64,000 nucleotides of DNA from Stegostoma tigrinum (taxonomy: Eukaryota), in the NCBI RefSeq assembly GCF_030684315.1, contig NC_081358.1, positions 20,774,810-20,838,809 on the forward strand. Reading direction: 5' to 3'. Of the stretch, positions 48,401-62,305 are shown piece after piece (the stretch's first letter is position 1; each line of letters opens with the position of its first letter). The position numbers and the translations under genes are program-made. Below the pieces are notes generated by a model that was given only the letters and a program-made list of their open reading frames with translations, had not been told where the DNA came from and made no database searches.

Positions 48401-49966
48401 TGAAAGGGAAGGAGTTCATCCAGACTTTGCTACAATTCTTGTCCAGATTGAGTCAAAAATTCTTCACAAGTATGAAATTATGTTGGACACAAATAAGCAG
48501 AAATACTTTTTGAGGAAAAAAAATTAGTTCAGCCCATGGAAGTATTATGCTGCAGATTAATGCACATAAGCCTTTGCCGGCAGGGCCGTTCAGTGCACAG
48601 TTGAACAAAGATATTTGAATCCGTTTCCCAATAATTTGAGATGAAAATGCCACTGATTAGTCAGAAGCCAACAGTGAGTTGCTATTTCACCTGAACAGTT
48701 TCAAAATAGAGCTTATGCCTCTTCAATTAAAGTGCTCATTATTTGGCTAATTTATTTATACTTTCACAATCGCAGTTTTAAATTTCACAAGTGTAGTGAT
48801 CACACTTAAACCCATTTTTAATTCTGACAAATTTAAAAACAAGTAATATGAATTAAGTTAGTATTCAGTAAAGAGAGGAAGGCATTAGTGAGAAGTTAGG
48901 AAGCTGTGTCTTCATGCTGTTCCTCATGTCTTCCATGCACTTTGATTTTCCAATTATTTATTCCGTTATGTTATTTTTCTCAAAGTTGATATTAAGTTAT
49001 TAATGATACCTGATAAGAAAATGGGTCATACATAATTTCTGCAAGTACAGTCACAATATTTAAAACATGATAAAATATATTCTTGGCTAGATTCTGCAAC
49101 ATGCTTAAATAATTTTTTTTATAACTATCAAGGTGTTAAATGAGATTGTACTCTGAGATTGACCTCTCTACAGCCACCGATCTGCTGAATCACACTTTCA
49201 GAATAAATTTTGATGCCGTTGTCCCCATGAAAATTATTCCTGTCTCACCTTGATCTTTCTCCTGATATGGCCATCAACTGTTTCTCTTAAGTCTAAGAAA
49301 TACAGTTTTCAATGTCAGTGCTAATTGAACCATTATTTGCTTGTTCTGAATGTACCACGTAAGTTGCTTGTAGGTCTTGTTGTCCTTGGCCAAAACTGTT
49401 CAGTGTTTTCGCACCGTATTGCAATGCCAGAATAAGCCCTGCTTTCCCAGCACACATTTCTTATTAATTTCTTTGGCCCTAACGCATTCCTACTCACCTC
49501 TAACAAAAGTGTGAGAAGCTCATAAAAATTGTCATGTTGGATTGGAAGCTAGAAAATGTATGCCCCTATCAAGAAAGGAGGGAGAAGGAAAGCAAGGCAC
49601 TATAGGCCAGTTAGCCTCACATAATTTATTGTAGAAATATTGGCATCCATTATTAAGAAAATATGGCTAAAGTTTAACAGATATTTAGTAAGTTTGTGGA
49701 TGTAACTGGTAGGATAGATCAAGGGAATAATTAGATGTAGTATATCTAGGTTTTAACAGTATTCAAAAAATGTGCCACACTGAAATAGTTGGTAAACAAG
49801 TCAAGGGGTCACAAAGCTGTGTGTAATTGCATCAATACAGGACTGGTTGAAAGGTAGGCAGCAGAGCGTATGAATAAACTTCCTTTTCATTTTAGTAAGT
49901 TATTACCAGTGAGGTACAGCAAGGATCAGTGGTGGGCCCTTGACTATTTATGGTCCATGTTAGAAG

Positions 49967-50898
49967 GACTGTGCTGTGCTGTAGCGAATGAACCAGTTGT
50001 TTTACTCACAGCCTGAAGGTCAAGCCGGGAACTCTTTTTGGCATTCACTCATTGGTTACACAAGGTCGCCAACTTTTGGCGAGTCTGGATTTGATCTGTT
50101 GTGAAATATTCAAGTACCTGGTGCCATTGGATTAAACAGAAAAACTGCCTAATAGCAGCTTTTGGATAGTGAGGATGCAGATTGTCACAGAACTGAAAGA
50201 AGGTATTTGCACTGAAATCTTCAGAAAACCTGCAAAAGACAGATTTTGCTATTGCACTTGCACTTGTTTTGTCACTTCCTTCCTTCGTGTGAGTGGAACA
50301 AAACAGTACACAATGACTCTGAAGATAAGAACTTCTAACTCAAATAAAGACCTAGGTTCAACTGACTGTCAACTGCAGGTCTTCTACGCAGTAGGCAATG
50401 ATGTGATATCATCACTAAAAACCAAAAGATCTGTGAGAACGTCACCTCGTTCCAGCCTGTGGCTTGGATTCTTAATTCACGAGTCTGCTGTTTCTGTTTA
50501 TGTTTCCATCCGTGATATTTCTGCAGAACTGTTTGGCTTGTCTGTCCTATTTGTGAATTGATGTGTTCACATTAAGATTTAAAACAGATATAGTTTAAGC
50601 TAACATAGTAGTAGTTAATCTGTTTTTACACTTTTTAAAGGGTGTTTTGTTATCTCTAAATAAATTTTTGTTTTCTTGCTCATTGAAGGAATCTGATATG
50701 TTTCTTTTTCTCTTCTAGTGTTTGAAGGCAGGCAAAGTAACCACGTTAGTGATTAAGTTGGTCATGTACACACTTGTTATGGTTCATGGAATAGCCGGGA
50801 TTGACTACCAGGGCACGCTTCCTGTCAGGGTCATAACGAAACTGTGGGGCTTGATTAAAGGATATTTAAATTTTGGCAGCATGAGATTGAACGAGGAG
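49967..50898 (+). mobile_element. LTR-like fragment inserted in a CR1 RT remnant
   Basis: AATAAA motifs and GTCATAAC followed by a PBS-like TGTGGGGCTTG near 50830-50853. Flanked by a 40-bp direct repeat. Confidence 0.5.
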
Positions 50899-51044
50899 CA
50901 GTGGTGGGCCCTTAACTATTTATGGTCCATGTTAGAAGAGTGAATGATGAAAGATGAGGGCAGATACCAGGTTTCTCATTATGTAAAATAAGATGGAATT
51001 GGAAGTAACTAAACTTATGCAGCAGATGGATGAGGTGTCTCTGA

Positions 51045-51620
51045 AGTTTTAGCAAAGATTTGTAACTCGGGTTGTGGGTGAGATTGTTGACTTGCTCACT
51101 GAGCTGGCTTGTTTTCATTCAGACATTTCAGCACCATGTGAAGTAACATCATCAGTGAGGCCCCCGATGAAGCGATGCTGTTCTACTCTGCTTGGAATTT
51201 ATACAGTCCAGGTCCATTCTGGTGAATAGTGCGATTTCCAGCTTTGTTCTGTATGGGTTTGTATATGGGGTCGAATTCTATATGTTTGTTAATTGCCTTA
51301 TGTGTTGGGAATCATGCCTCTAGGAATTCCTGTGCCTATCTATGTTTAGCTTGGGCTACTATAGTTACATTGTCCCAGTTAAACTGATGGGCTTCATTGT
51401 CCGAGTGTACTGGTACTGAGGAAAGTTTGTTGTGTCGTTTTGCTGCTAGCTGAAATTCATGTATTCTGATGGCTAGTTTCCTTCCTGTCTGTCAGATGTA
51501 ATGTTTGTGGCAGTCGTTGCATGGTATTTTGTAAACTACGTTGGTTCTGCATGTTGTGGGAATGGGGTCATTAACCCTTGTGAGTGTTTGTCGTAGAGTA
51601 TACAAACCCATACAGAACAG
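51045..51620 (-). mobile_element. Poseidon-type Penelope 3' fragment (GIY-YIG + hammerhead)
   Basis: Minus strand reads TNVVYKIPCNDCHKHYI*QTGRKLAIRIHE...HQFNWDNVTIV..EFLEA..INKH. Hammerhead CTGATGATGTTAC...GAAATGTC at 51120-51157. Confidence 0.88.
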
Positions 51621-52724
51621 GATTTTCAACCACAACCACCACTTTGCTGTGATGGAAAAGCTTTCTGTTGTTACAAAATCCAGGAAAAATTTCTGGAATT
51701 TTGTTGTTTACCCTAAAGCATGCAAGAAAACAATTTTCAGATAGTAATACTTTTTTTTTTCCTCATTTATATAAATTAACTAGATATAGTGAGATAGAAA
51801 GTGGATATAATTTTGCTTCTCCAAAGTTCTCTCGAATCGGGAAAGGTTCCATTAGAGGGCAAAATAGTGAATGTAATTTTTTGTTCAAAAAGGGAGAGAC
51901 AGAGAGAAGAAAACACATGCCAGAGAGCTTAACATCTATCATATGGATAATATTCAGTGATACTAAAGACATTATAGAAGGTTACTTAGAGAGCTTCGAT
52001 GTAATCAGGCAGAGTCAACATGTTTTTATGAAGGAGAAATCACGAATAACCATCTTTCTGGACTACTTTAAGGAATTAACATGTTATGAATAAATGGAAC
52101 CTGTGGAAGTACTGTGCTTGGAGTTTTACAAGGCATTTAATAAGCTGGCACATCAAAGATTATTGTGAAAATAAAATGAATGCTCATAGCATGGTATTAA
52201 GATGTTGGCATTGATGGAAGATTGGCTGGCAAACAAGAAACTGTGCAGTCATTAATGGGTCACTTTCTGCATGGTAACATTAATTGAGTGGTATGTTACA
52301 AATATCAATGCTGCATTTTATATAAATTACTTAGATGTAGGAAGCACAAGTGTGATTGCTAAATTTGCTGACAAAATAAGGATAGGTAGGCAAATAAGCT
52401 GAAGAAGGAAGCTACAAATGAATATAGATATTTTAAATAAGAAGGAAAAGATGTGGCAAACAATGTATATTATGGGAAAATGTAAGATTATTCATAAAGG
52501 CCTTTAGAATCTGCAAAGTTAACTAAATTGACAAGAAGGTGGCACATGGAGTATAATAAGGTGAAATATAAGGCAATTCGCAGATAGGAAGAATAGAGCA
52601 TTTTTTTTGTTTTATTTAAATAGTGCAATATTACCAGTTGATGATCTTTTGAATAGAATTTTGTCCTTGTACAAAAAAAAGGTGGAGAAATTTATTCACT
52701 TGTACCACTTATTTTGGTTTACAG

Positions 52725-52842
52725 ATTGCGTAGAGTTCTGAAGGGTCAGCAACATTGCAAATCACTGCCTACGCACTATGGTTTTCAATTACATGAATGA
52801 GGACTGTCTTGCAGGGAGCTCGCACCTTCACCATCAATTAAA
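52725..52842 (+). other. Candidate internal exon (118 nt) of the downstream gene
   Basis: ttttggtttacag| acceptor and AAA|GTAAGT donor, forming a unique-sequence island between two CR1 fragments. Confidence 0.6.
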
Positions 52843-53582
52843 GTAAGTCTTTCTAGCACTACTTGAGGTAAACAAAAACTAGTTTATAAGTGATGTTTTG
52901 ATGAAGTTTTTACCCTAGAACAGCAAGCAAGGAAAGGAAGTGATAAATTGACCAATCTTGTAAGTGGGCTGAAGTAAGGAGATTTTGCTGCAGTTGTATA
53001 GGATCTCACTGAGACCAGATCTGAAACACTGTATCTAGGAGAGATATTTAGGAGCATTTCAATAAAATTACCTATAGTTTTACAAGTTAGTTCATTTTTC
53101 AGAAGACTGAGAAACAGTTTTGTTGAAACATAATATCCTGAGAGGCCTTGATAGATTAATGTTTGAAGGCTAGCTGCAATGTAAAACAAATAGCATAGTT
53201 TCAAGGTAGAGAGACACAATTTTTTTTCACACAGTTATGTAGCTTTGGAATTCACTACCCTGAAGGACTATGGATGGTCAGTCAATTAATGTTTTCAAGT
53301 TTGAGCTTTTAAGAGATTTGAAGAGTATGATGATTGGGCAGTAAAGTAGAGTTGAGGTACGGGATCAGATAAGATTGTAGTAAGTGATAGAACAGGCTTG
53401 AAAGGCTGGCCTGTTATTGTTGTTATCTCTTGCCTGGATTCTTGAAGGTTGAATACAAGCAGTGAAGATCTGGATGAGTTGGAATTACTTAGGAGCCTGG
53501 TAAGGAAATTATTTGAAAAAAATTTAATTTGGAAGCAACAGTAGCATGAATAGGAGTTTTGGGGATGGCTAACCTTGACACA

Positions 53583-54155
53583 AGAACATAGAACATTGAA
53601 CAATACAGTGCAGAACAGGCCCTTCGGCCCTCGACATTGCGCCGGCCTGTGAACTAATCGAAATCCCTCCACCTACACTATCCCATCATTATCCATATGC
53701 TTATCCAAGGACTGTTTAAATGCCCCTAATGTGGCTGAGTTAACTACATTGGCAGGCAGGGCGTTCTATACCCTTACCACTCTCTGAGTAAAGAACCTGC
53801 CTCTGACATCTGTCTTAAATCTATCACCCCTCAATTTGTAGCTATGCCCCCTTGTACAAGCTGAAGTCATCATCCTCAGAAAAAGACTCTCATTGTCCAC
53901 CCTGTCTAATCCTCTGATCTCTTTGTATGTCTCTATTAGATCCGCTCTTAGCCTCCTTCTCTCCAATGAGAACAGACCCAAGTCCCTCAGCCTTTCTTCA
54001 TAGGGCCTGCGCTCCAGACCAGGCAACATCCTGGTAAATCTCCTCTGCACCTTTTCCAATGCTTCCACATCCTTCCTGTAATGGGGCGTCCAGAACTGCA
54101 CGCAATATTCAAAATGAGGCCGCACTAGCGTTTTGTACAGTTGCAGGATGACATC
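53583..54155 (-). mobile_element. Young CR1 LINE, same subfamily as 20161-20928
   Basis: Shares the diagnostic ESLFLRMMTSACTRGHSYKLRGDRFKTDVRGRFF. Confidence 0.92.
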
Positions 54156-54629
54156 AGATTTGTCGAAATGTTGACTTTTAGTTGTCTCCACAGATGCCAC
54201 TTATTCTGGTGCTATATTAGATGTTCAACATTTTACATATTTTTAAAGCACCTGCTCAGAGATGTAGTTAAACATCTCGGGTACAGATGGGGCTTTAACC
54301 AGGGCCTCCTGGCTCAGAGGTAGGTACACTACCACTACACTGCAAGACTCTCCACTAATTAGCTTTTAATGAAATCAGTAAACCATGTTGTTAATTTATC
54401 ACATACAGATCTATGATTTATCATGCTGGAGAGGGCATTCTAGGTGGAACTTGAACTAATTTGTAATCGATTCAATTCCTCTGTTGCTCCAAATGAGAAG
54501 ATGCATCATTAAATTTTATTGGTGCATGTTCATAAGCATCAAGCAATTTATTATTAAAATAAAGTACACTCTCCAAAACTGCCTACAGCCTGAAGGAAAA
54601 CAACTGTGTTGGGGTGATCTGGTCACAGA

Positions 54630-55140
54630 ACTTAGAAGAGTACAGCACAGAAACAGGCCCTTTGTCCCACGATATTGTGCCAAACATGATATCAAATGAA
54701 ACTAATCCCTTTTGCCTGCCATTGGTCAATATCCCTCCATTCCTTGCATATTCGTGTGCTTATTTAAAAGTCCCTTAAACGCCCCTATTGTGCCTGCCTC
54801 CACCATTGTCCCCTGGCAGCACGTTCCAAACTTCTACCACTCTCTGTGGTAAAAAAAATTGTCCCCATGTCTCATTTGAACTTATGCCTCACACTCTAAA
54901 TGCACGCGTATTAGACGTCTTCAGCCCTGGGAAAAAGATTCCAATCATCAACCGTGCCTATGTATCTCCATTTTTTAAACTTCTTTATAAAGTCTCCTCT
55001 CAGCCTCTGTCACTCAAGAGAAAACATTGTGAGATTTCCTAGCCTCTCCTTATAGCTCATACCCTCTAATCCAAGCAACATCCTGATAAACCTTTTCTGC
55101 ACCTTCTCCCAAACCTCCACATCCTTCCTGTAATGTGGCA
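54630..55140 (-). mobile_element. CR1 LINE 3' fragment
   Basis: Typical tail ACAGCACAGAAACAGGCCCTTT and decayed RT C-terminus. Confidence 0.8.
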
Positions 55141-58009
55141 GATTTTATGATATTTTTCTGGAAGTTGACGGAAGTTGATCATAGACTAAATGTGAGATTT
55201 GAAGCTTAGTTTAGCTTTAAACAGAACATCCAGGTTGCTTTTATACTAGGAAAGGACAGGGGAAATCAGGAACTAAATGCTTCTACATAGTCTCATGATG
55301 AAATCATTGATAGAGGCTTTGAAAGGTTGCATAACCACTATATAAACTGATTGTCACTGTCATTGTTTCTTTACTTCACAGTGTAAAGATTTATTGAAAT
55401 TCAAAACATGTAAAGATAAAGTCACCATCATGACCACGTCAGATTGTAGGGCTGCTGTCCTATTAGAGAGTGAGAGACGGTTTAACCTGTGGGTGACTAC
55501 GTCTCAGACAAGGGGAGAGGTTGAGAAGGCGAGTTCTTCATGGTAACCTCATCTAGTGTGGGAATTGAGTCCATAATGTTGGTGTCATTCTGTATCAGAA
55601 ACCAGCCATCTAGCTGGCTAAGCCATCTATTGTTCTCCCCCTATGACTATCTAGCCCTTGGCTCATGAATCAGTAATGATATATTCCTACGTTTTGGACA
55701 GCACCTGGAGGAAAGGCTGAGAATAACAGGAACACTGAATGTACTCTGGTGGGAGTCTCCAATGTGCATCACCGAAAGTGCCTTGGTACTACCATTTGAG
55801 CTGGCCGAGCCCTGGAGAACAAAACTGCCGTACTCAACTGCACCAGTAGTGAGGGAATCAATATGATGGAAAACTCTACCTCATCTTCATCAATCTACAT
55901 ATTAACAGGTGTGTCTTGTCCAGGACCATATTGATAAGAGTGACTAGTGCAAAGTCCTTGTGGAGATGAAATTCCGTCTTCATGTTATAAGTGCCGTCTG
56001 TTGTGGCGTTGCCACCATGCAATACGGGACATGCTTTGAACAAATCTAGCCCCTCTAAACTGGGCCTCCGTGAGACACTGTGGATCATCAGTAGTGACAG
56101 AACTACAGTTTAATCACAATCTATAATCTTATGGCCTCGCATTTTCCCTATTTCCTTTTCGCCATCAAACAAAAAGATAAACCCTGTTATGTGAATGTAC
56201 GAGGACATGTCAAAATCACTACCAACCATGTGTAAAAATGAGATGCAGAGTGGAACTACTTGTGTGCCAAACAGAAGATGCAGCGTGCAATAGACAGGGC
56301 TATGCAGTCCCACAACCGGGTTAAGCTCTGCAGTTCTACAACATCCAATCTTGAATGGTTGTGGAATGGGAACTGGGACTCCATAAATATCTGGTCCTTG
56401 ATTATAGGGAAGCCAAGTGTGTCAGTGCAAAGGACAAGGCTGAAGCATCAACCAGAAGTCCCTAGTGAATCACAGCCTTCTCTGGAGGTCCCCAGCATCA
56501 AGGATGTCAGCCTTCAACCAATGCAGTTCTATGCACGTGATCATAAAAAACATCTGAGGTCACTGGATTTTGCAGTGGCCTTGAAAACATGGAAAAAATA
56601 TTGAAGACTTGTGCCCTGAAATAGCCAGGCCTCAAACCAAACTGCTCCAGGACAGCCACAGCATTAACATCTATCTGGCAATGTGAAAAAGTTCCTGAGT
56701 ATGTGCGCAAAACAAAACAAATCCCACATAGCCAGTTTGCATCCTACCAGCCTACTCCTAATCATCTGCAACGTGATGGAAGGGATCTCAGATGCTTCTT
56801 CCAAGTGACATGTTCAAAGTAATAACTTGTTCGTTGGCACTCAGTTTGTGCCCTGCCAGTCACTCAGTTTCTCAATTTATTTCAGCATTTGATAAAACAT
56901 GAACAAAAGAGTTGAACTCCAAAGATGAGATGAGAGAAACTGCCCTTAACATCAGTGCAGTATTTGACCAAGTAGGGCATCAACATCAGGATGCTGTAGC
57001 AAAATTAGGATTGAGTAAAAACTAGGAAAGCTGTTTACTGGTTTGAGTCATATCTAACACAGAAAGGAAGATGGTTGTTAGAAATCAGTCATCTCAACCC
57101 GAGAAGTTCCTCAGAGCAATCCACAAAGCCCAACCATCTTCAGCTGCTTCATCAATGACCTTCCATCAATCATAAATGGAAACGGGGGGGATGTATGATG
57201 TTCAGCATGAGTTGCAATTCCTTAGGCACTGAAGTACCCCATGTACACTTATAGCAAGTCCTGGACAACACCAGGCGTCTGATAGTAAGTGGCAAGTAAC
57301 ATTGCCTAACATTTCTGTGGCATGAACGACCACCTTCAATGAGAGAACCTGAACATTTTGTCTTTGATGTTCAATGGCATTAGCATTATTGAATGCTTTG
57401 CTATTAAAATCCTGATAGTTACCATTGACAAGAAGCTGGAAGAGTAGACCAACCAGTGTCCATAGGAATACTGTTGCGGGTAACTCCCCTGCTATCTCCC
57501 CAATTTCTGTCTTATCTGAAAAGGCACAAATTTTTAGAGTCACGTAGCATGGACGCAGACCCTTCAGTCCAAATAGCCCATGTCAACCATAAATACCAAA
57601 TTAAACTTGTCCCACTTGCCTGCTCCTGGCCTATTATCCTCCAAACCTTTCCCTGTTCATGTACTTGTAATTGTGTGCACATTCACCATTGGATAGATGT
57701 GAGGTATTGCATTTTGGTGAAACAAAGAAAGGTAGGAGTTGTACAATTAATGCTAGGGCCCTGTGTTGAACTGAGAAAAAGATCTAGGTGTATACAGTTC
57801 TTTGAAATTTGTGTCACGGGTAGATAGAATGATTTAGAAGGCATTCAGCATGCTTGCCTTTATTGCTCAGTCCTTTGAGTAGAAGAGTTGGGATATCATA
57901 TTGAGGTTGTACAGGACATTTTCTGGAGTACTGTGTGCCATTCTGTCTGCTCTGCTGTAGGAAGGATATTATTAAATTAAAAAATATTTACCAGTATGTT
58001 CCAGAGCTA

Positions 58010-58174
58010 GTAGAAACTGCAGATGCTGGAGAATCCTAGATAACAAGGTGTAGAGGCTGGATGAAGACAGCAGGCCAAGCAGCATCAGAGGAACAGGAGG
58101 TTGACGTTTTGGGCCTAGACCCTTCTTCAGACTTCTTAAGAAGGGTCTAGGCCTGAAACATCAGCCTTCCTGCT
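58010..58174. mobile_element. Inverted pair of PLE tails with two diverged hammerheads, inside a CR1
   Basis: Minus arm runs through GGGCCTAGACCCTTCTTCAG, followed by plus arm CTTAAGAAGGGTCTAGGCCTGAAACATCAGC. Confidence 0.85.
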
Positions 58175-58359
58175 GCCAGTGTTGCTGGGATTGGAGGTTT
58201 GAGTTATAAAAGTAGGCTGGATAGGCCCAGACCTTTTTCACTGGAGCATAGGAGGTTGAGGAATGACCTTATTGAGGTTTATAAAATCATAAGGTGTACA
58301 GATAAGATGAATAGCGAGGGTCTTTTCCCTAAGGTCGGGAAGTTCAAAAATAGGGAGCA

Positions 58360-61180
58360 GTGGATGGGAACCGGAGCTACAGATCAGAGGATGGGGTAGC
58401 CAATGTACAGACAGACAGAGCAATCAGAGAATCTATGAGGAAGGATAAGCAGTTGATAGGGCAAAGTGGCAGTCAGTGCGACAGGCTGAGGTGTGTCTAC
58501 TTCAATGCAAGAAGTGTCAGGAATAAGGGTGACGAACTTAGAGCATGGACCTGTACTTGGAACTGTGATGTTGTGGCCATTACGGAGACTTGGATAACAC
58601 AGGGGCAGGAATGGTTGTTGGATGTTCCAGGGTATAGATGTTCCAAAAGAAATAGGGAGGGAGGTAAAAGATGTGGGACAGTGGCATTGCTAATCAGGGA
58701 TGATATCACAGCTGTAGAAAGGGAGGTTGTGGAGGAGGGTTTCTCTACTTAGTCAGTATGGGTGGAAGTCAGACACAGGAAAGGAGCAGTCACTTTATTG
58801 GGAGTTTTCTATAGACCTCCCAATAACAACAGAGTCAGTGAGGAACAGATTGGGAGATGGATTTTGGAAAGGTACGGAAGTACGTTTTGTCATGGGTGAC
58901 TTCAGCTTCCCTAATGTAGACTGGAACGTCCTAAGTGCAAATAGTTTGGATGGAGCAGATTTTGTCAGGTGTACCAAGGAAGGATTTCTGACCAAACATG
59001 TAGATATTCTGACTGGAGGGGAGGCCATATTGGATTTGGTGCTTGGCAACAAACCAGGTCAGGTGTCAGATTTCTCGGTGGGAGAGCATTTTGGTGATAG
59101 TGATCACAACTCTCTGACATTTACTACAGTCATGGAGAGAGATAGGAGCAGACGGTACGGGAAAGTATTTAATTGGGGGAGGAGAAATTACAATGCTATT
59201 CAGCAAGAACTACGGAGCACGAAGTGGATCAGATGTTCTCAAGAAATGCCCAATTGAAATGTGGAGGTTGATAGGGAGCAGTTGCTACAGGAATAAGATA
59301 GGTTTGTCCCACTGAGGCAAGGAAAGGATGGTAAGGTGAAGGAACCTTGGATAACAAGACATGTTGAACATCTAGTCAAGAGGGAAAAGGAGGCTTATTT
59401 AAAGTTGAGGAAGCAAGGATTGGACAGAGCTCCAGAGGTCTACAAGGTAGCAGGAAGGAACTGAAGAATGGACTTGGGAGAGCTAGAAGGGGGTATGAGA
59501 AAAGCTTGGCAGGTAGGATCAAGGAAAACCCCAAGGCTTTCTATATTTACATGATGAACAAGAGGGATTGTCAGAATGAGGGTAGGGCCAATTAGAGATA
59601 GTGGAGAGAACTTGTGTGCGGAGTCAGAGGAGATAGGGGAGGTCCTTAATGAATATTTTACTTCAGTATTCACTAGTGAGAGGGACCTTGACATTTGTGA
59701 GGACAGCATGAAACAGGCAAATATGCTCAAACAAGTTGATGTTAGAAAGGAGGATGTGCTGAGACATTTTGAAAAACATGAAGATAGATAAGTCCCCTGG
59801 GCCAGACGATATATACCCAAGATGTATACAAGAAGTGAGGGAAGAGATTGCTGCCCCTTTGGCAATGATCTTTGCATCCTCGCTGTATACTGGAGTAGTA
59901 CCAGAAGATTGGAAGGTGGCAAATGTCATTTCTTGTTCAAGAAAGGGTATAGGGGTAATCGTGGAAATTACAGACCAGTCAGTCTTACTTCTGTGGTGGG
60001 AACATTATTGGAGAGGATTCTGAGAAATAGTATTTATGATTATTCAGAAAAGCACAGTTTGATTAGAAATAGTCAACATGGCTTTGTGAGGGGCAGGCCT
60101 TGCTTCACAAGCCTTACTGAATTCTTTGAGGATGTGACAGAACACACTGATGAAGGTAGAGCAGTGGATGTGGTATATATGGATTTTAGGAGGGCATTTG
60201 ATAAGGTTCCACATGGAACCTCATTTAGAAAGTAAGGACGCATGGGATTCAGGAAAATTTGGCTATGTGGATTCAAAACTGGCTGTCCAATAGAAGGCAG
60301 AGGGTGGTATTAGATGGAAAGTATTCAGCCTGAAGCTCGGTGACCTGTAGTGCTCTGGGACCTCTGCGCTTGGTGATTTTTTATAAATGACTTGGATGAG
60401 GAACTGGAAGGGTGTGTTATTAAGTTTGCCAATGACATGAAAGTTGGTGGAGTTGTGGACAGTGTCAAGGGCTTTTGTCAGTTGCATAGGGACATTTACA
60501 GGGTGCAGAGCTGGGCAAAGAAGTGGCAGATGGAATTCAACCCAGAAAAGTGTGACTTGATTCAATTTGGAAAGTTGAATTTGAATGCAGAATACAGGGT
60601 TAATGGCAGGATTCTCAGCAGTGTGGAGGAACAGAGGGATCTTAGCGTCCTCGCCCATAGATCTCTCAAAGTTGCTACTCAAGTCGTAGGATTCTAAAGA
60701 ATGTGTATGATGTGTTGGCTTTCATTGGCAGGGGAATTGCCTGGACTGGAGGGCAGGTCTTATGAGGAAAGATGGAGGGAGCTAGGACTTCCTTCATTGG
60801 AGTGAAGAAGGATGAGAGGTGACTTATAGAGGTTTACAAGATGATGAAAGGCATAGATAGAATGCGTAGTCAGAGAGTTTTTCCCAGGGCGGAAATGACT
60901 ATTATGAGGGGGCATAACTTTAAGGTGATTGGCGGAAGGTACAGCGGAAATGTCAGAGATATGTTCTTCACACAGAAAGTGGTAGGCTTATGGAATGCAC
61001 TGCTAGTGGTGATAGTGGAGTCAGATACTCTCGAGATTTTTAAGCGACTCTTGGATAGCCACATGGAGGATAGTAAAGTATAGGGTAGGCAGGGTAGATT
61101 GATCTTCAGAGGATAATAGGTCGGCACAACATCGTGGGCTGAAGGGCCTGTACTGTGCCATACTGTTCTATGTTCTATAT
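58360..61180 (+). mobile_element. Near full-length decayed CR1 ORF2 (APE endonuclease + RT), nested in another CR1 (~57692-58359 and ~61181-61455)
   Basis: CVYFNARSVRNK, VAITETW, MGDFSFPNVDW, ILDLVL, GDSDHN, KSPGPDDIYPR, NYRPVSLTS, QHGF, DFRRAFDKVPH, KFAND, and tail TGTTCTATGTTCTAT. Confidence 0.92.
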
Positions 61181-61864
61181 TTGTAAGGTAAGAGGAGAAC
61201 GTTTTAAAAAGAACATGTGGGGCAATTTTATTACATGGTGGTTCGTGTGTGGAATGGACTGCAAGAGGAAGTGGTGGATGCAGTTACAGTTACAATTACA
61301 ACATTTTAAAAGATATTTGGATAAGTGGATGGGAATAACAACTATTGGGAGGGTTATGGTTAAACACAGGCAGTAAGATTAGTTTAGTTCGGGAACATGG
61401 TCAGCGTGGACGACTGGACCAAAGGGTTTGTTTCCGTGCTGATTGACACTATGGCTGTATAAATCAGGAATGTGATTGAATACTTTGTACTTTGTTGGAT
61501 GAGTACAGTCCAAGAAGCAAGAAGCTTGACACCATCCAGGACAAAGCATCCCATCCATCGCCTTCAACATTCATGCCTACCACCACTGACACACAAGAGG
61601 TAAATGTTTGTTTAACCTTCAAGATGCACTGCAGTAACTCATCGAGGGTCTTCTGCCAGTACATTCTAAACATTTGACTTCTACCACTTATGATGTAGCA
61701 GGGAGTACCATCATATGTAAGTTTCCCTCTAATTCAATTACTTCCTGATTTGGAACTGTATCATAATTCATTCAGTGTCATTCGTTGGAAACCCTGAAAC
61801 TCTATTCCTATTCATTTGTAGGTGCCTTAGCGTAATGAGGATTGCAACAGTTTAAGAAGATGGT

Positions 61865-62305
61865 CTGAGTTATACGGAGAGGCTGGATAGGCTGAGACTA
61901 TTTTCCCTGAATTGTAAGAGGCTGAGGGGTGACCTTTATAGATGTTCATAATATCATGAGAGGCATAGATAGGGTGAATAGCAAAGGCCTTTTCCCTTGG
62001 ATAGAGGACTTCAAAACTAGAGGATGTAGGTTTAAGGTGAGAGGGGAAGGATTAAAAGGGACCTGAAGGATTTTTTTTTTACACACAGGATGGTGTGTAA
62101 ATGGAATGAACTGCCAGAAGAAATGGTAGAGGCAGGTACAGTTTACACCATTTAAAAGATATTTGGACGGATGCATGAGTAGACATGGTTAGAACGATAT
62201 AGGCCAAATGCAGGTATATGAGACTAGTTCAGTTTGGGAAACCTGGTAAGCATGGACGAGTTGGACGAAAGGGTCTGTTTCCCTGCTGTATGACTCTATG
62301 ATGCT
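61865..62305 (+). mobile_element. CR1 LINE 3' fragment
   Basis: LSYTERLDRL.LFSL..KRLRGDL and tail CTGTATGACTCTATGA. Confidence 0.85.
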
